Source: Saccostrea cucullata (lineage: Eukaryota). Taken from it: a stretch of 64,000 bases of DNA. The stretch is taken from assembly GCF_032062105.1 (NCBI RefSeq), contig NW_026935291.1, positions 496,001 to 560,000 on the forward strand. Reading direction: 5' to 3'. The notes below the pieces were generated by a model. It was not told the DNA's origin and did not search any database. It saw only the letters and a program-made list of their open reading frames with translations. Below, piece after piece: positions 26,328-37,585 of this stretch (positions within the stretch are counted from its first letter, which is position 1; each line of letters starts with the position of its first letter). The translations under genes and the position numbers were made by a program.

Positions 26328-26767
26328 AGCCATAATAAATAAATTGCTAGATTCTCATCCGAATTTATTTAAAAATGGAGGCCGTGGGCAGCTTTTATTT
26401 TAATTTTTTTTTTCAGCAGATTTTTTATTGACCAGGTCAATCGGTGTAATTTTATCTACAGTACCCGAATAAAAGTCATAGTAAAGGTTCAATTAATATC
26501 TCTTACTTCACATCATCACCAATCTTTTTCAACCAATGACTTTTGTTTAAAATATTATATGCATGTACCATATTACAGGAATTACCATCTTTTCAGCTGT
26601 CAAAATCATGTAGACTTTTGCAGGATTTAAAACAAAAGTAGAATGGTAGATAAATACTGATCCCTAGAGAATTAAGACAAAGAAAAACAGAAATTAAAAA
26701 AATCGAGGCGGAGGTATAAAATCTGGGCGGGCGGGAATGAGAATCTAGGAATATTTTTATTATGGCC
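26328..26767. mobile_element. TTA-flanked MITE (Zator/Harbinger-type TWA target) nested between the two transposon genes
   Basis: TTA|AGCCATAATAAATAAATTGCTAGATTCTCAT ... ATGAGAATCTAGGAATATTTTTATTATGGCC|TTA. Confidence 0.75.
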
Positions 26768-26798
26768 TTAGAGACTTTTAGTGACATGTCAGTACTCA

Positions 26799-29700
26799 TC
26801 AAAATTTTAATTTAAGACCTCTTTTAACTCTGTCTGAAAAAAGCTCAGGTAATACTGCAGAACAATAAAAAGAATTAAGTTTTGGAAGAATTTCATTTTC
26901 CCAAAGTTCCTCATCATATAAAATTTTTTCAAATTCAAGACCTTTATTGGTCCATATAATAAAGTGGCACCACTTTCTTTCACTGATGGCCATTACCCCT
27001 TGAACCTGATAATAATATGCATGATTTCTCTTCAACTTTAAATTTCCATTTTCATCTAAGATACAAAAAAAATTGTTACTTAAGGCCGCTTCTTTGGGAT
27101 GCACATCTTTAAAGCTGTACGGACACTTTACTTCAATAACACCATGGTAAGGCTTGCAGTGAGGACAGTACACTAGTCCATCGGGGCTGGCACCTAAATG
27201 AGGTAGCGATTCCCTGACAACTAGTCCAGTCTCCTGGAATGTAAGTGGTGGATGTATCTCCCTCACCTTTAGCAGGTAGCAGTCAATGGCAACTTTTTCA
27301 TGCTCTCTCCCCCATTCCATTGCTTTGTTTGAAAAAGATGGACAGTATCCAAGAATATACTTAAGTAAATTGTCAGGTAAAGTCTCTGGTTTTCTCCGTA
27401 CAATTTTACCAAAGTCTGAGGCAGTTAGTCTCCCATGCCTAGCTTCTCTCCATGTTGGGTTTATGTGTTGACCTTTGGTCATTTTATTAATAATTTCACA
27501 CTCTTTTGCTGACACTTGAAGTGAACCAAAATACTGCATAAATTGTTGTTTACATTCATCCGAAAAAAGATCAACATTGTCCATGTAAGAGAAGGTTATA
27601 TGGTGAAGTTCAGGTATTGATTTTGCAGTGGGGGGTAATGTTTCAATACATGTAGTTGAAAAGTTTTTTAGCCAACCTGCCATTGGATTTATTTTCGTCA
27701 GATTTTCTTTAAAAACTTGAACAGATGGTAAGGTTAGGTCTGGATTTTTCTCACTGACACTATATGAACATGATTTGTTTTTCCCCTTCGTCTTTGTTTT
27801 GCTGAAATCCATGTCCTGCGCTTTTTTTGGTGAAAGATTTCTGCTACGTGGTTTGATCCACTCGCATGCTTTTGAAGTTGGGGCAATTTTACCAGTGTGT
27901 TTTTTTACTGTTATGTCAACAATTCCATACAACAATGCTGCGATATGGTTGCAAGCACCCCCTTCTCTAGAAGTGAAAAAAAAGAAATTATTATTTTTTT
28001 TATATTTATAATCATTAAAACAACAAAGTGCTAGTACAGGAAGTATGTTGAATTTTATAACTGATGCAAAATGCATGGAAAAAGACACCTGGTACCAGTA
28101 CTTTTTTCAAACAGTTCTCATTTAATGTACAAAAACATTTCATGCACATGTAGGCCTACCTGTACTGAACACATTTTTACCTGTCAGGCATACTTTAATA
28201 TTATGCATTAGAAAATGTTACAAAGAGCAGTTTAAAAAAAATCAAAGGGCTAGGTTTGGTTTTTCAGTATATCACAGTGGCTCTAGCTTATTACATTAAT
28301 ATCAAGAATTTACATGTAATTTTCATGATTATATTATAAAACTTACTTACCCTGCAACACAGTTACATTCTGCTGTGTGGACTCTACCAGTGACTTTAGA
28401 CAAGCACACCCAAGACCTGTACGCAGGTTTTTTACTTTTGTCTTTGGTTGGAATTGATGGTAAGCAGTCACATTTTATAATACAATGTGAAGAGTCTTTT
28501 GTAACTAGATTAATTTCAATATTCTGTACATGACCTTCATCATAAAATATTTTGGCTTTAAGTTGTCGCCTTGCAGATTGTTGGTTTAAATCAAAGGTAC
28601 GTTTACTTAATACCAGGTAATTGTAAATTTCGTTTTCCGTAATGTATGGAAAATACTCGCAGTTAGTCACCCAGCCTTCCGTTAGCTTTGACGGTACTGG
28701 TATTCCTTCCCCAAGCGGTGTGATTATTTTGTCCTGTGGCTGTGCATGCTGATCTCCCGAATCGACGTCGTCATGGTCTACATCTAATCCTAAGTCCTTT
28801 GCACAAGGGCGGATTCAGGGGGGTTTGGGGGGGTTCGGGAAAACCCCCCCCGCTCACTGATTTTTTTTTTTTTACAAGTGTCATTTTATCATTTTGTTGC
28901 ATTGATAAGACTCTAATAAACATAAACCCTTTGTTTGTACAACTGTGAAATTTACATCCACTACGTAACAGGAAATCTCTTTCCGCTTGAACGCACACAA
29001 TACACAGGTAATCAACAGAGAGAGTGCCTCAGAGAGCGGGTACTCCGTGCATCTAGTGAAATCACTAGATCACAGTACAATGTAATCAGGTACCAACAAT
29101 AGAAAACTGCAAAGTTATGATGCTGCTCAGTTATATTCTTTTACTGATAAAATTCATGTTTTTTAAACTATGAATAAACTATTATTCAGGGTTTTTTTTA
29201 CCGTTTTAAAATTAAATTAAAATTAATATAATTTTTTTTACAAAACCAGGTTGGCTTAGCAAACCCCTCTAGTTTTGACAGATTCTCCAGTTTATGTAAA
29301 TTTTTTCTTCAGTTAATTATAAGACAGTTTGAAATTTCATTAATTGTACACGTGTGTTTATATTCCAAATCATATTAACAGTATATACTCAAGTAAGTTG
29401 AAAAGCACAAGTTAGGGATTCTGAAAAGAATTCAATTTTTAATTTTTTTAGTGTTTAAAAATTTGGTATATTAGTTGTATCTTGGAAGTCAACTGCTTGC
29501 ATTCCTAAAATTGTCAGATTTAACATTTTTTTTAAAGCAAAGTCTAAAGTCTTGTGTTAAAGTTAAATTAAATTGAAAACATTTTATTAAAAATTTGTGA
29601 TGATCGGTCTTTAAAAAAGCTACAAAAAATACCCCCAAAATGCTGGAAAATGCACCATTTAGAACCATTTAAAACAAAATTTTCTCGGGGGAGGCCCCCC

Positions 29701-29914
29701 GAACCCCCACCTATGGGAGGGGGAAACCCCCTCCCATGCCCTCCCCCTTCGGCCCTTTGGGCCTCAAAACCCCCCCACTTGAACTTCTGGATCCGCCACT
29801 GTTTGCACCTTTAGCTCTCTGTATAAGTTCAGGTTTGTTTCCAAAAGTTGGTTGTTTACACTTTTTAAGAAAATCAATTAGTTGTTTCTTTGTCATTTTA
29901 TCAAAGGCCTCCAT
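26799..29914 (-). CDS. SAP-SWIM-YqaJ (lambda-exonuclease-like) accessory protein of the transposon, ~575 aa when reconstructed; exon 1 interrupted by a nested element
   Basis: Segments 29914-29802 and 28797-28351 (exon 1, GG|GTAAGT) plus 27966-26799 (CTAG|A). SAP-like MTKKQLIDFLKKCKQPTFGNKPELIQRA; SWIM ECNCVAG/EGGACNHIAALL split by the intron; YqaJ motifs TKGQ..W..ARHGRLTAS, GREHE, LGASPDG, IEVKCPY and YYYQVQG. Confidence 0.88.
28804..29801. mobile_element. 998-bp non-autonomous element (hAT-like termini) with 6-bp TSD
   Basis: TTTGCA|CAAGGGCGGATTCAGG ... CTGGATCCGCCACTG|TTTGCA. Removing it and one TSD restores the host reading frame (RAKGA-KDLGLD). Confidence 0.85.
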
Positions 29915-31113
29915 TTTTAAACGATTTAGCAACGTCCTTGGCGCATGACGCTTCACCCTACATCAGCAACTTTTACCTACCGGAAGTTATAAACCTCCAA
30001 TACTAGAGAGTGCCTATGGGGAGGTAACTAGGTTATCGAAAGAGGCTTATGTTCTTGCTTTCAAAAACTACTATCATATTGTTGTAATTAAAAGCAATAT
30101 ACATGTATAATGAAGAATTAGACAAATAAAGAAACGTTTTCGAAGAATTTGAGGCAGAGCGAAATATGAAATGAGTAAGAAAGCTGTTTTCGGCGGAGAA
30201 ATGTATATTGACCTGATGGGTATTCCCCCACCTATCACATCCGAGGTTTGTGTGGAGCGAAGCAGAGTCGGCCGATGATTGCCGATTGCCAGAAAACTTT
30301 GCAGAATTTATTACATGTTCTTTTATTACTCTGCATCAATAAAAAAATCTAATTTCTTTAAACTTTCACACAAGAGACACTGCATGATAAAAAAAAACTA
30401 CAAAGGTAATCAAGGAATTATGGAAACAGTTTATTCAATCATAAATGTGCATTTTGTAACAGGCAATAGGACTGACAGACAACGCTCAGCGGATGTCGTT
30501 TACACAGGCCAGAGATTACAGCTAGTCAAGGTTACGGAGGGGACTTGGCCAGCATCCACGGTGCTGGGGAAAACAGTTTTATTCAAATTTTAACACAGTA
30601 AAACAAAAACCATTTCTTTTTGGTTTATAACTTTTAACTATGAGACGTGTTCATAGCTGCTGTTCTTTTAAACTTTGAAATATTTGCTATATTTACTTCT
30701 TTTCGCATGATTTGAGTTCAAAGCATCACGATATACTTTTATTACAGAGAAGTTGCAGAAATTCTTAGACTATGCCTGATACAGTTCCAATATAAAACTT
30801 CGTCATTATTTCTAAATTGTACTTTACACACTACAAAAATTGTTGCTGTACATTATGTACTTTTCGTAAAGACAAACAGGAAGGAGATACTTTAGAATAT
30901 AAGAACTACTTCGCTTACTTGATAGACATGTGACAGTTTTGTTTTACAAAATCACACATTTTGAGAAAATAATCCATTCAGACAACATGCAAACCGTGAC
31001 CACCTGATCAACCCTGCCCTTATAATAATGGATAACGTTATTAAATAATTTAAAAGTCAATTTTTTTCCACAGAGACATATTTCAGTTGCAGTTGTTCTT
31101 TCCTTTCATTATC

Positions 31114-32341
31114 ATGTTGGATTAGAATCCAATATATATAAACTGTAGTTTAAATTCATTCTGGTTTTTCGGGATATTAAAAATATTCAAAACTGACACA
31201 TGATTTTTAAAGAAATTCTCCGTAGAAGGGAACTATAAGTATAAGTTGGATTACCACTAGTAGAATTAAATCCAAGTTCTTCTAAAATACAGTGTGACAT
31301 ATGATTTCGAAGAATTTTCTCCTTAAAAATGAAACTATGGGTATAAGATGGAATGCTACTGCATAACTAAATTCCAGTTCCTCTAAAATACAATTCAAAA
31401 AATAATGAGCCATACAAACGAAGACAATGTTGTTATCTGCTTTGTAAGCCGGAAACATAACATATTCATCGTAGGATTTACAGAAGCCTTCATGTCTGAT
31501 GTTCTATCAGATGGACTATAACTGGATCGGATTGTCAGATTCCCAGACCCTGGGAACCTATAATAGGATCAATGGAGTACCTATTAATTACTCCAACTGG
31601 TACAGTACAGTACTATTCATTTGCAGAAATTCTTTATGAGTATATATAATGAACATGTACGATGTTGAATTGTTTTATTTTGAAAAAAAAGAAAAAAAGT
31701 GTACATGTTTAATTTCTACACTTTAAGAGAATATTAACCAGCCGTCATCCAAAAGGACTTCGGAAAAATTTGAACTGCACAGATCAGCACCACTTTATCT
31801 GACAGCCTCCCCCCCCCTTGCAGGGTTTTACCCCCCCCCCCTTGCCATCACAACATCCCCAGCCAGTCTACCCTGCCCTGGGGGTTACAGCGGCTACCAG
31901 TCTTACTGATATAAGGTAAATCGTGCCCTTTATTCAGTGTCGACCAAATTATACTTGACATACTGAAACATTGCTCCCCCAAAAAACTTTGACTGATCCA
32001 TTGACAGAAACCTTCATGTCTGATGGTCTATCAGACGGACTATTTCTGGATCGGATTGTCAGACTCCAAGACCCTGGGAACCTATAATAGGATCAATGGA
32101 CTATAGTCAGAATTTATTTGTCACCAGTAAAGAGAGACTGAAAAGAAAACATGTTGGTGTAATCATAAAGAGATGGGATTGCCAGACCAAACCCTGGGTG
32201 GATAACTCTACAAAAGATGGCGGCATTCCGTTTATATATTTTATAACAATATTGATACCTATCAGTATTTCTGGAGTCGTAATCTTAGTCATGTACTTAA
32301 CAACATTGAAAAGAGAGAATGTTAATTCTTCTGAGGAATAG
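31114..32341 (+). pseudogene. Disrupted paralog of the SMB-like membrane protein gene, with lectin pseudo-exons in place of its middle
   Basis: Upstream block 30690-31113 and ATGTTGGAT match 13960-14555. 32101-32341 encodes QNLFVTSKERLKRKHVGVIIKRWDC...TM...YLTTLKRENVNSSEE*, aligning with HNLYVWSDERINREYVDVFIRKWHC...YFSTLKKPDDDDDSE*. Confidence 0.75.
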
Positions 32342-32780
32342 AGACTCAGATTTCCTCGTTATACCTTTGAGGCAATTATTATAATTTCCAAGTTTTTTTA
32401 AAAATATTTTTGTTTGTTAATCCACACTTTTTTTTTGTATTTGTTAACACTTGTAGTAGGCGATCAAGGAGAAAAGCGAATAATGCGTGCAAAATGCCTA
32501 TAGCTTCAAAAAAAATTTATATAAAATTTTGTCGATTTTTTAGTATTCAGAGTAAAGTTCTCATTATTAAAATTTGTGTATACTTATGACAAACAATTCA
32601 CTTTTTTTGAAACTTCTTGTTTTGTTCTTCTTGTATTGTAGTTTGTAGGTAAGATCATGTAGATAAAATAAAAATCAAATCTGTGATTCTAAATACTCAT
32701 TTTTTTTCTTTTTAAATTATGAAAATATTTTACATTGTCTCGGCAAATAAAAACAAAGAATTGAATTTACAGAAAACATT

Positions 32781-34022
32781 TTATTCAGTTCTTCTACCAA
32801 TACACGAAAAACAGCAAGAGAAAAATCTTCGGAAAATGTTGGGCTTATAAGAAAAAATAAAAATATCAGTTATGAATATAAAAAATCGTACAAAAACTCC
32901 ACCATTAAGTAGATAACGATTTACAAAAAAAAAAAAAAAAAAAAAAACAAACTCAAGGATTTATTTATAAGTTATAGAATCTTACCTTGCGTTTGTTTGG
33001 CCAATTCTTGTCGGACTGATACTCTGCAGCGGCTGAAAAGGCTGAGTGAATGGACGTACGGGACATTCGTCTAATCTGTAAATGAAGTATACCCCTTAAA
33101 GTTTTTAATATTAATTCATATTAATTAAAAATCGTGTCTGATAAAATTTACAATGATTTCATATTTACCTCATTTTCAATAAATTCTTCTGCAAGGGCCT
33201 CTTTCATACTAATTGCGGAAAGTTGTTTCGCCTGGAACATTAGATAATTTTATAGCACTGAGAATCATGGCATTTTTTTCAAAAGGAGGGGGAGGGGGCA
33301 AACTTTAAGAGATACACACGTACACAAAATTACAGAAACAATTAAAAAAACATCTTTGATTTCTTTTGGGAGTGAAGTGGGATCTCTTTTCCAGGCGAAT
33401 AAAAAGAAGGTATCAATCGGCCTTAGTTTGTGAATGTAATACAGACCTAAGACTACTGAGTATTCTCGAAAAGACAATCCCCTGCGCTTCTGGTTACTAA
33501 ATACCTAGACATACTGATGTTATTTTCGACAGATAAAAAGAATAGGTCAACCAGTCTTTAAAACCTAAAACCATTCTAGTAAAATATGTAGGGCATAAAC
33601 CCTAAAAAATTAATTCTTAAATCTACAGTATCTTTAATATATATTTAATAATATTATGTAGTTCAATAATGCAGCCTTCTCCGATTTTTTTTATCTGACC
33701 CCCCCCCTCCCCCTCCCCAGCTAAAAAAAAATAATCAGAGAGGGCTAACCATGTTTGTTGCAAACCTAAGAGATGCATATACCTGTTGAGTCAAGGCAAT
33801 CTCTCGGGGCAAGCTGCACAGGCTAGACACCGTCTGTTGTATAAACAAAAAATAATTCATGAACAACAATATATTAGAAAATTGTATTCCTTTATTAAAA
33901 ACGTGACAAATTCGATAAATAATAAATAATCCTACTTCCTGGTCTAGTTCTTCCGGTCCTTCGTCTTCATCGTCTGACTCATTGTGCTCGACCATTATGA
34001 TCATCATGGACGCCTTATTGCC
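32781..34022 (-). CDS. Uncharacterised small orphan protein (~112 aa from ATG 34007), five phase-0 exons
   Basis: Exons 34022-33936, 33833-33783, 33231-33169, 33075-32986 and 32843-32781 (87/51/63/90/63 nt), all AG/GT bounded and open: MMIIMVEHNESDDEDEGPEELDQE-TVSSLCSLPREIALTQQ-AKQLSAISMKEALAEEFIENE-IRRMSRTSIHSAFSAAAEYQSDKNWPNKRK-PNIFRRFFSCCFSCIGRRTE*. Confidence 0.7.
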
Positions 34023-34359
34023 CTAAATGACAAGCATATTTTTTGTGGAAATACATAATACCGATTTTCTGTACTTTATATGCTTTATTACTTCAAATCT
34101 TCTTTAATAAGGTTAATATATCTTTTTTTAGATATAGGATAAATTGGAGAATCAAATAATTATAATATAGATCAGTATAAATTTTAAGGAAGTGTATGTA
34201 TGACTGACTCTTTGAAACAGATATTTTAAAGAATATTATACACACCAGGCTCTTCCTATGAAAAGAAAGGCTTTTCATCTCGTTTTCTTCTGTGTGCTGT
34301 TATCAAAATACATGAGTAATATTAAAACACATATGACGGGAGTGGGTCTACTCTTTATA

Positions 34360-34490
34360 AAAATAAAAGTACTAGTCATCAAATGTAGAAATAAAAGTAC
34401 TAGTAATCAAATATAGAAATAAAAATACTAGTAATCAAATATAAAAATAAAAGTAGCTAGTAATTAAATATAAAAGTAATAGTAATTAAA
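34360..34490. repeat. ~29-bp AT-rich minisatellite, ~4 copies
   Basis: AAATAAAAGTACTAGTAATCAAATATAG-like units. Confidence 0.7.
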
Positions 34491-36493
34491 GATTGTGAAA
34501 AGGGGTTAACATTGGGATGGCAGAACTGTGAAGGAGTAAACAAATAGAATAACTGATTTTACAAATCAAATATTACTTTCATACATTCAAAATACATGTA
34601 TGTTGAATATTTTTATTATTAAATACCTCGCTGTTTTCTCACAATTAAGGTCAAACTGTCAACTTGATGAAAAGAATATTGTTTACATCCTTAAGAAAGT
34701 TATTCAAATTGTCCATTTTAAACTATAAAATTTGTAGAAAGCAAAAAATAGAAAAGAGGGAGACTATTAAAAATAATTTACAGAAATTATTAAATACCAT
34801 ATAATTAATGTCCTACATAGTTATACATAATTAAAGATTTTAAAAAAAAACATGTATTAAAAATCAAAACGATTTACTCTTAGAACCCAAAACATAAAGA
34901 TGTATACTGTATATATGGACTAAGATGTGACGTCTTCGTTGAATAAAAGTATTTAGAAAGAAAGTCTCACAATTAAGGTTTGAAATACAAACATGTCAGA
35001 ATTGATGAAAAGATATATTGTTTACATCCTTTAAAAAGTTATTCAAATTGTGCCCGCTTATTCAATCAATTTTTTTTTTTTTACTTACTTTGCTCTAAGA
35101 TCAACCACTTCTTCTTACAGCAAATATTACTGTATCCAAAAATCAGAATTTTGGAAAATGCTTCTCAAATCTATCAATAAAAACATTTAAAAAGAATTTA
35201 TAAAGTACATTGTCTGCTACAGCAACTTTAAATTATTGCAGATGTTTTAGTAGTTTTTAGCAGCAATATAATATAACTTTTCTCTTACCACAAGTTTTTT
35301 TGCGATGAAGAGTTATAGAAACAGCAGTCTCTATTATGACGTCACAGTTAAGTGACACGTCACGTGGTTTAAACCAGGGACGGTTACTCTAGTTTGGTTC
35401 TTTAAACAGTGTTTAGAGTTACCGTTCTTTTTTAAAACAAATCTATGGCCTCTGTAGAAAAAAAAGGAAAAGATTTTTTTTTCTTGTTTTACCTCCGAAT
35501 TGAACATTTTAGATCTAATTAAGTCAGTTAAAGGCTCGATTTTACTTTTTTTTTAACTGAAAATAAAGGGTCAATGTTGATTATGATAAAGGAAAAATTC
35601 ATAACAGACTGATCTTTTCCTCTAATATGAAATTTCCAAAACTCTTGCAAATAACGAATGGCTAGATAGAAATAATTAATAATCTAAATGCCAGGGATTA
35701 GCATGTATTCTAAAATTTCTATAATTTATTCTATTATTAACTTTAAAAATACATTATGTGGTATCCCCGTAGTTGGAACTCTAGTAATAAAAAAAGCTAC
35801 ATGTAACTATGGCCAGTACGCTACACAACCCCTACATGTAATGAACAGTAGCATTTATATCATGTTTTATCAAAACAATGTACTTTTAAGGTATCAATAA
35901 TGGGTCCTTGCTGCATTTCATATGTCTGATCTTGAAAAAAAAGTCTCATATTCGTGACTGGTTTTCTTAAATTTTCATTAAACATGACAGTTAAAATATT
36001 ATTTTTCATCTTGTGTATCTACAAATTCTATATGCTCCGAAACTCCTTATTTGACCAAGCTAAACTTATAATTAAAGCATCAATATTAATTAAAGGAATT
36101 TTATTTCTCAAATTTAATAAATTTGTAGGCACCTAACATTTACTAGATCTTGACCTAAAGCAATGTACTAGTATGTATATTTTTAGGTAAACTTAAAGCA
36201 TTGGCGTTGGAAGCAAATTGAAAGTGGGGGGGGGGGGGGGGCTAAGTGTAATAAAAAAAAAATCACACCTACAAAAACACCTGACAAGCAAAAAAATAAT
36301 ATCTAATTACGCAAAGATTCATATCTAAAAGATAGTCATTTTAATAAATTACTAGATTACTAGTAAAAAAGGATTATGTTGTGTTTTAAAACACAGGCAC
36401 TTGTTTCGGAAATATTTTTTTTAACCCATAGCATATACCACAGGCACTTATTTCGGAAATAATTTTTAAACCCCTAGTATAATAAGTGTTATT

Positions 36494-36605
36494 CACAGGC
36501 ACCTGACGCTACTTATTTTTCTTTTGATTAAAATACATACCTCCTACCTAACAGAAGGGGATATATTTTTTTATTAAAAGAAAAAAGTAGCTTCAGGTGC
36601 CTGTG
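36494..36605. mobile_element. 112-bp palindromic MITE with 8-bp TSD (P/hAT-like), nested in a related fold-back
   Basis: GTGTTATT|CACAGGCACCTGACGCTAC ... GTAGCTTCAGGTGCCTGTG|GTGTTATT. Confidence 0.8.
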
Positions 36606-37585
36606 GTGTTATTATTATACTATAGGTTGAAAAAAATTATTTCCGAAACAAGTTGTAATGAAAGGTTCGGTATCTAATATGAATGCCAATTTCCCAGGTT
36701 GTTATTTGTCTAACGTCAGTGGGCGGGACTATTGAAATTAATATGGAATTAATTCTATTGTTTCCTATGTAGCTTGAAACATGATCTTCGATTGGTTACA
36801 GAGTCGGGTGTAAATTTTCAGTGCAGCCGACTTCAGCCAGGGGTAAATAAAACGTGATGCCATAATGCATTCTTTCTCTATGATAAAAACCAAACGTATA
36901 CCTTGGAATCAATACTCATTTTAAAACAGGGATGACAACGGATTTTCTTTTATAAACTTATAAATCATTCCAAGAGACAAGCCAGGAGCCAAACATTTTC
37001 TGATCATGTTGATATATGGGTGTTTATGAAACAACAACATGTTATAATGGATAAATTACTTTTATTTTAATTCATAATTTAATCTTAATTATTTATAAAT
37101 AACTATGCTTCTTATAATCTGTGATGTTTTACATGTATTACAATCATATAATAAAGCTGATGCATTTCATTGCTAATTCCAAATTAGTGTACTATTTATT
37201 CAACTTTCATCTCAAGGAAAATTTAATATTTATGAAAAGTTAGTAACACATTAATTAACATACACTCAAGCATACCCTTTCTCACACTTGCATTATAAAC
37301 ATCAGACAAAGGATCGGCATGTGTTTTTTTTTAATTTTCCTATATTTAAGTTACATTGAACATTCTGAACATTAATTTAAATTAAAATACAGAATTTCAT
37401 TTTGTAAATATATTCCATCATTTATTGCACACTGTCTTAATAATAAACTTAAGCTTCACGCTTACTGTCAACATCACGTCAAGCAAAATGTTCACATACA
37501 TGTACATGTATATAGCACTTCCACCATCAAAATTCATCAAATTATTTGTTTGGTCTAGATAAATATTGCCGGTTAAGGGGATTGT

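Larger units (their letters stand above)
23434..30047 (+). mobile_element. ISL2EU-type (PIF/Harbinger-like) two-gene DNA transposon, 6614 bp
   Basis: Imperfect ~27-bp TIRs AGCGTCTTTCTATAACTAGGTTATCTT / rc AGCCTCTTTCGATAACCTAGTTACCTC, with TAT on both sides. Empty site CCCTATGTTCTTG at 21270. Encodes a DDE transposase and a YqaJ nuclease. Confidence 0.92.
18854..32100 (+). repeat. Tandem segmental duplication of a ~2.2-kb unit: copies 18854-22353, 22354-31121 (interrupted by the transposon) and partial 31122-~32000
   Basis: Collinear high-identity blocks, e.g. TTGTAGTTTAAATTCATTCTG at 19741/22375/31143, AGAAGCCTTCATGTCTGATG at 20543/22710/31482 and GGCAATAGGACTGACAGACAAC at 21718/30462. Confidence 0.9.

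Noticed and set aside
25712-26798. Guide-RNA-like ncRNA between the transposon genes
   Set aside because: The structured-looking part is explained by the nested TTA MITE; the remainder looks like AT-rich 3' UTRs with poly(A) signals. There is no TnpB/Fanzor RuvC gene.
27967-28088. N-terminal 41 aa of the 429-aa ORF
   Set aside because: Intron read-through (polypyrimidine tract and CTAG acceptor); the SWIM motif is completed only by splicing to 28351.
32096-32341. Independent 81-aa membrane protein gene
   Set aside because: Its ATG comes from a lectin pseudo-exon at a rearrangement junction; the rest is the orphaned 3' end of the SMB paralog.
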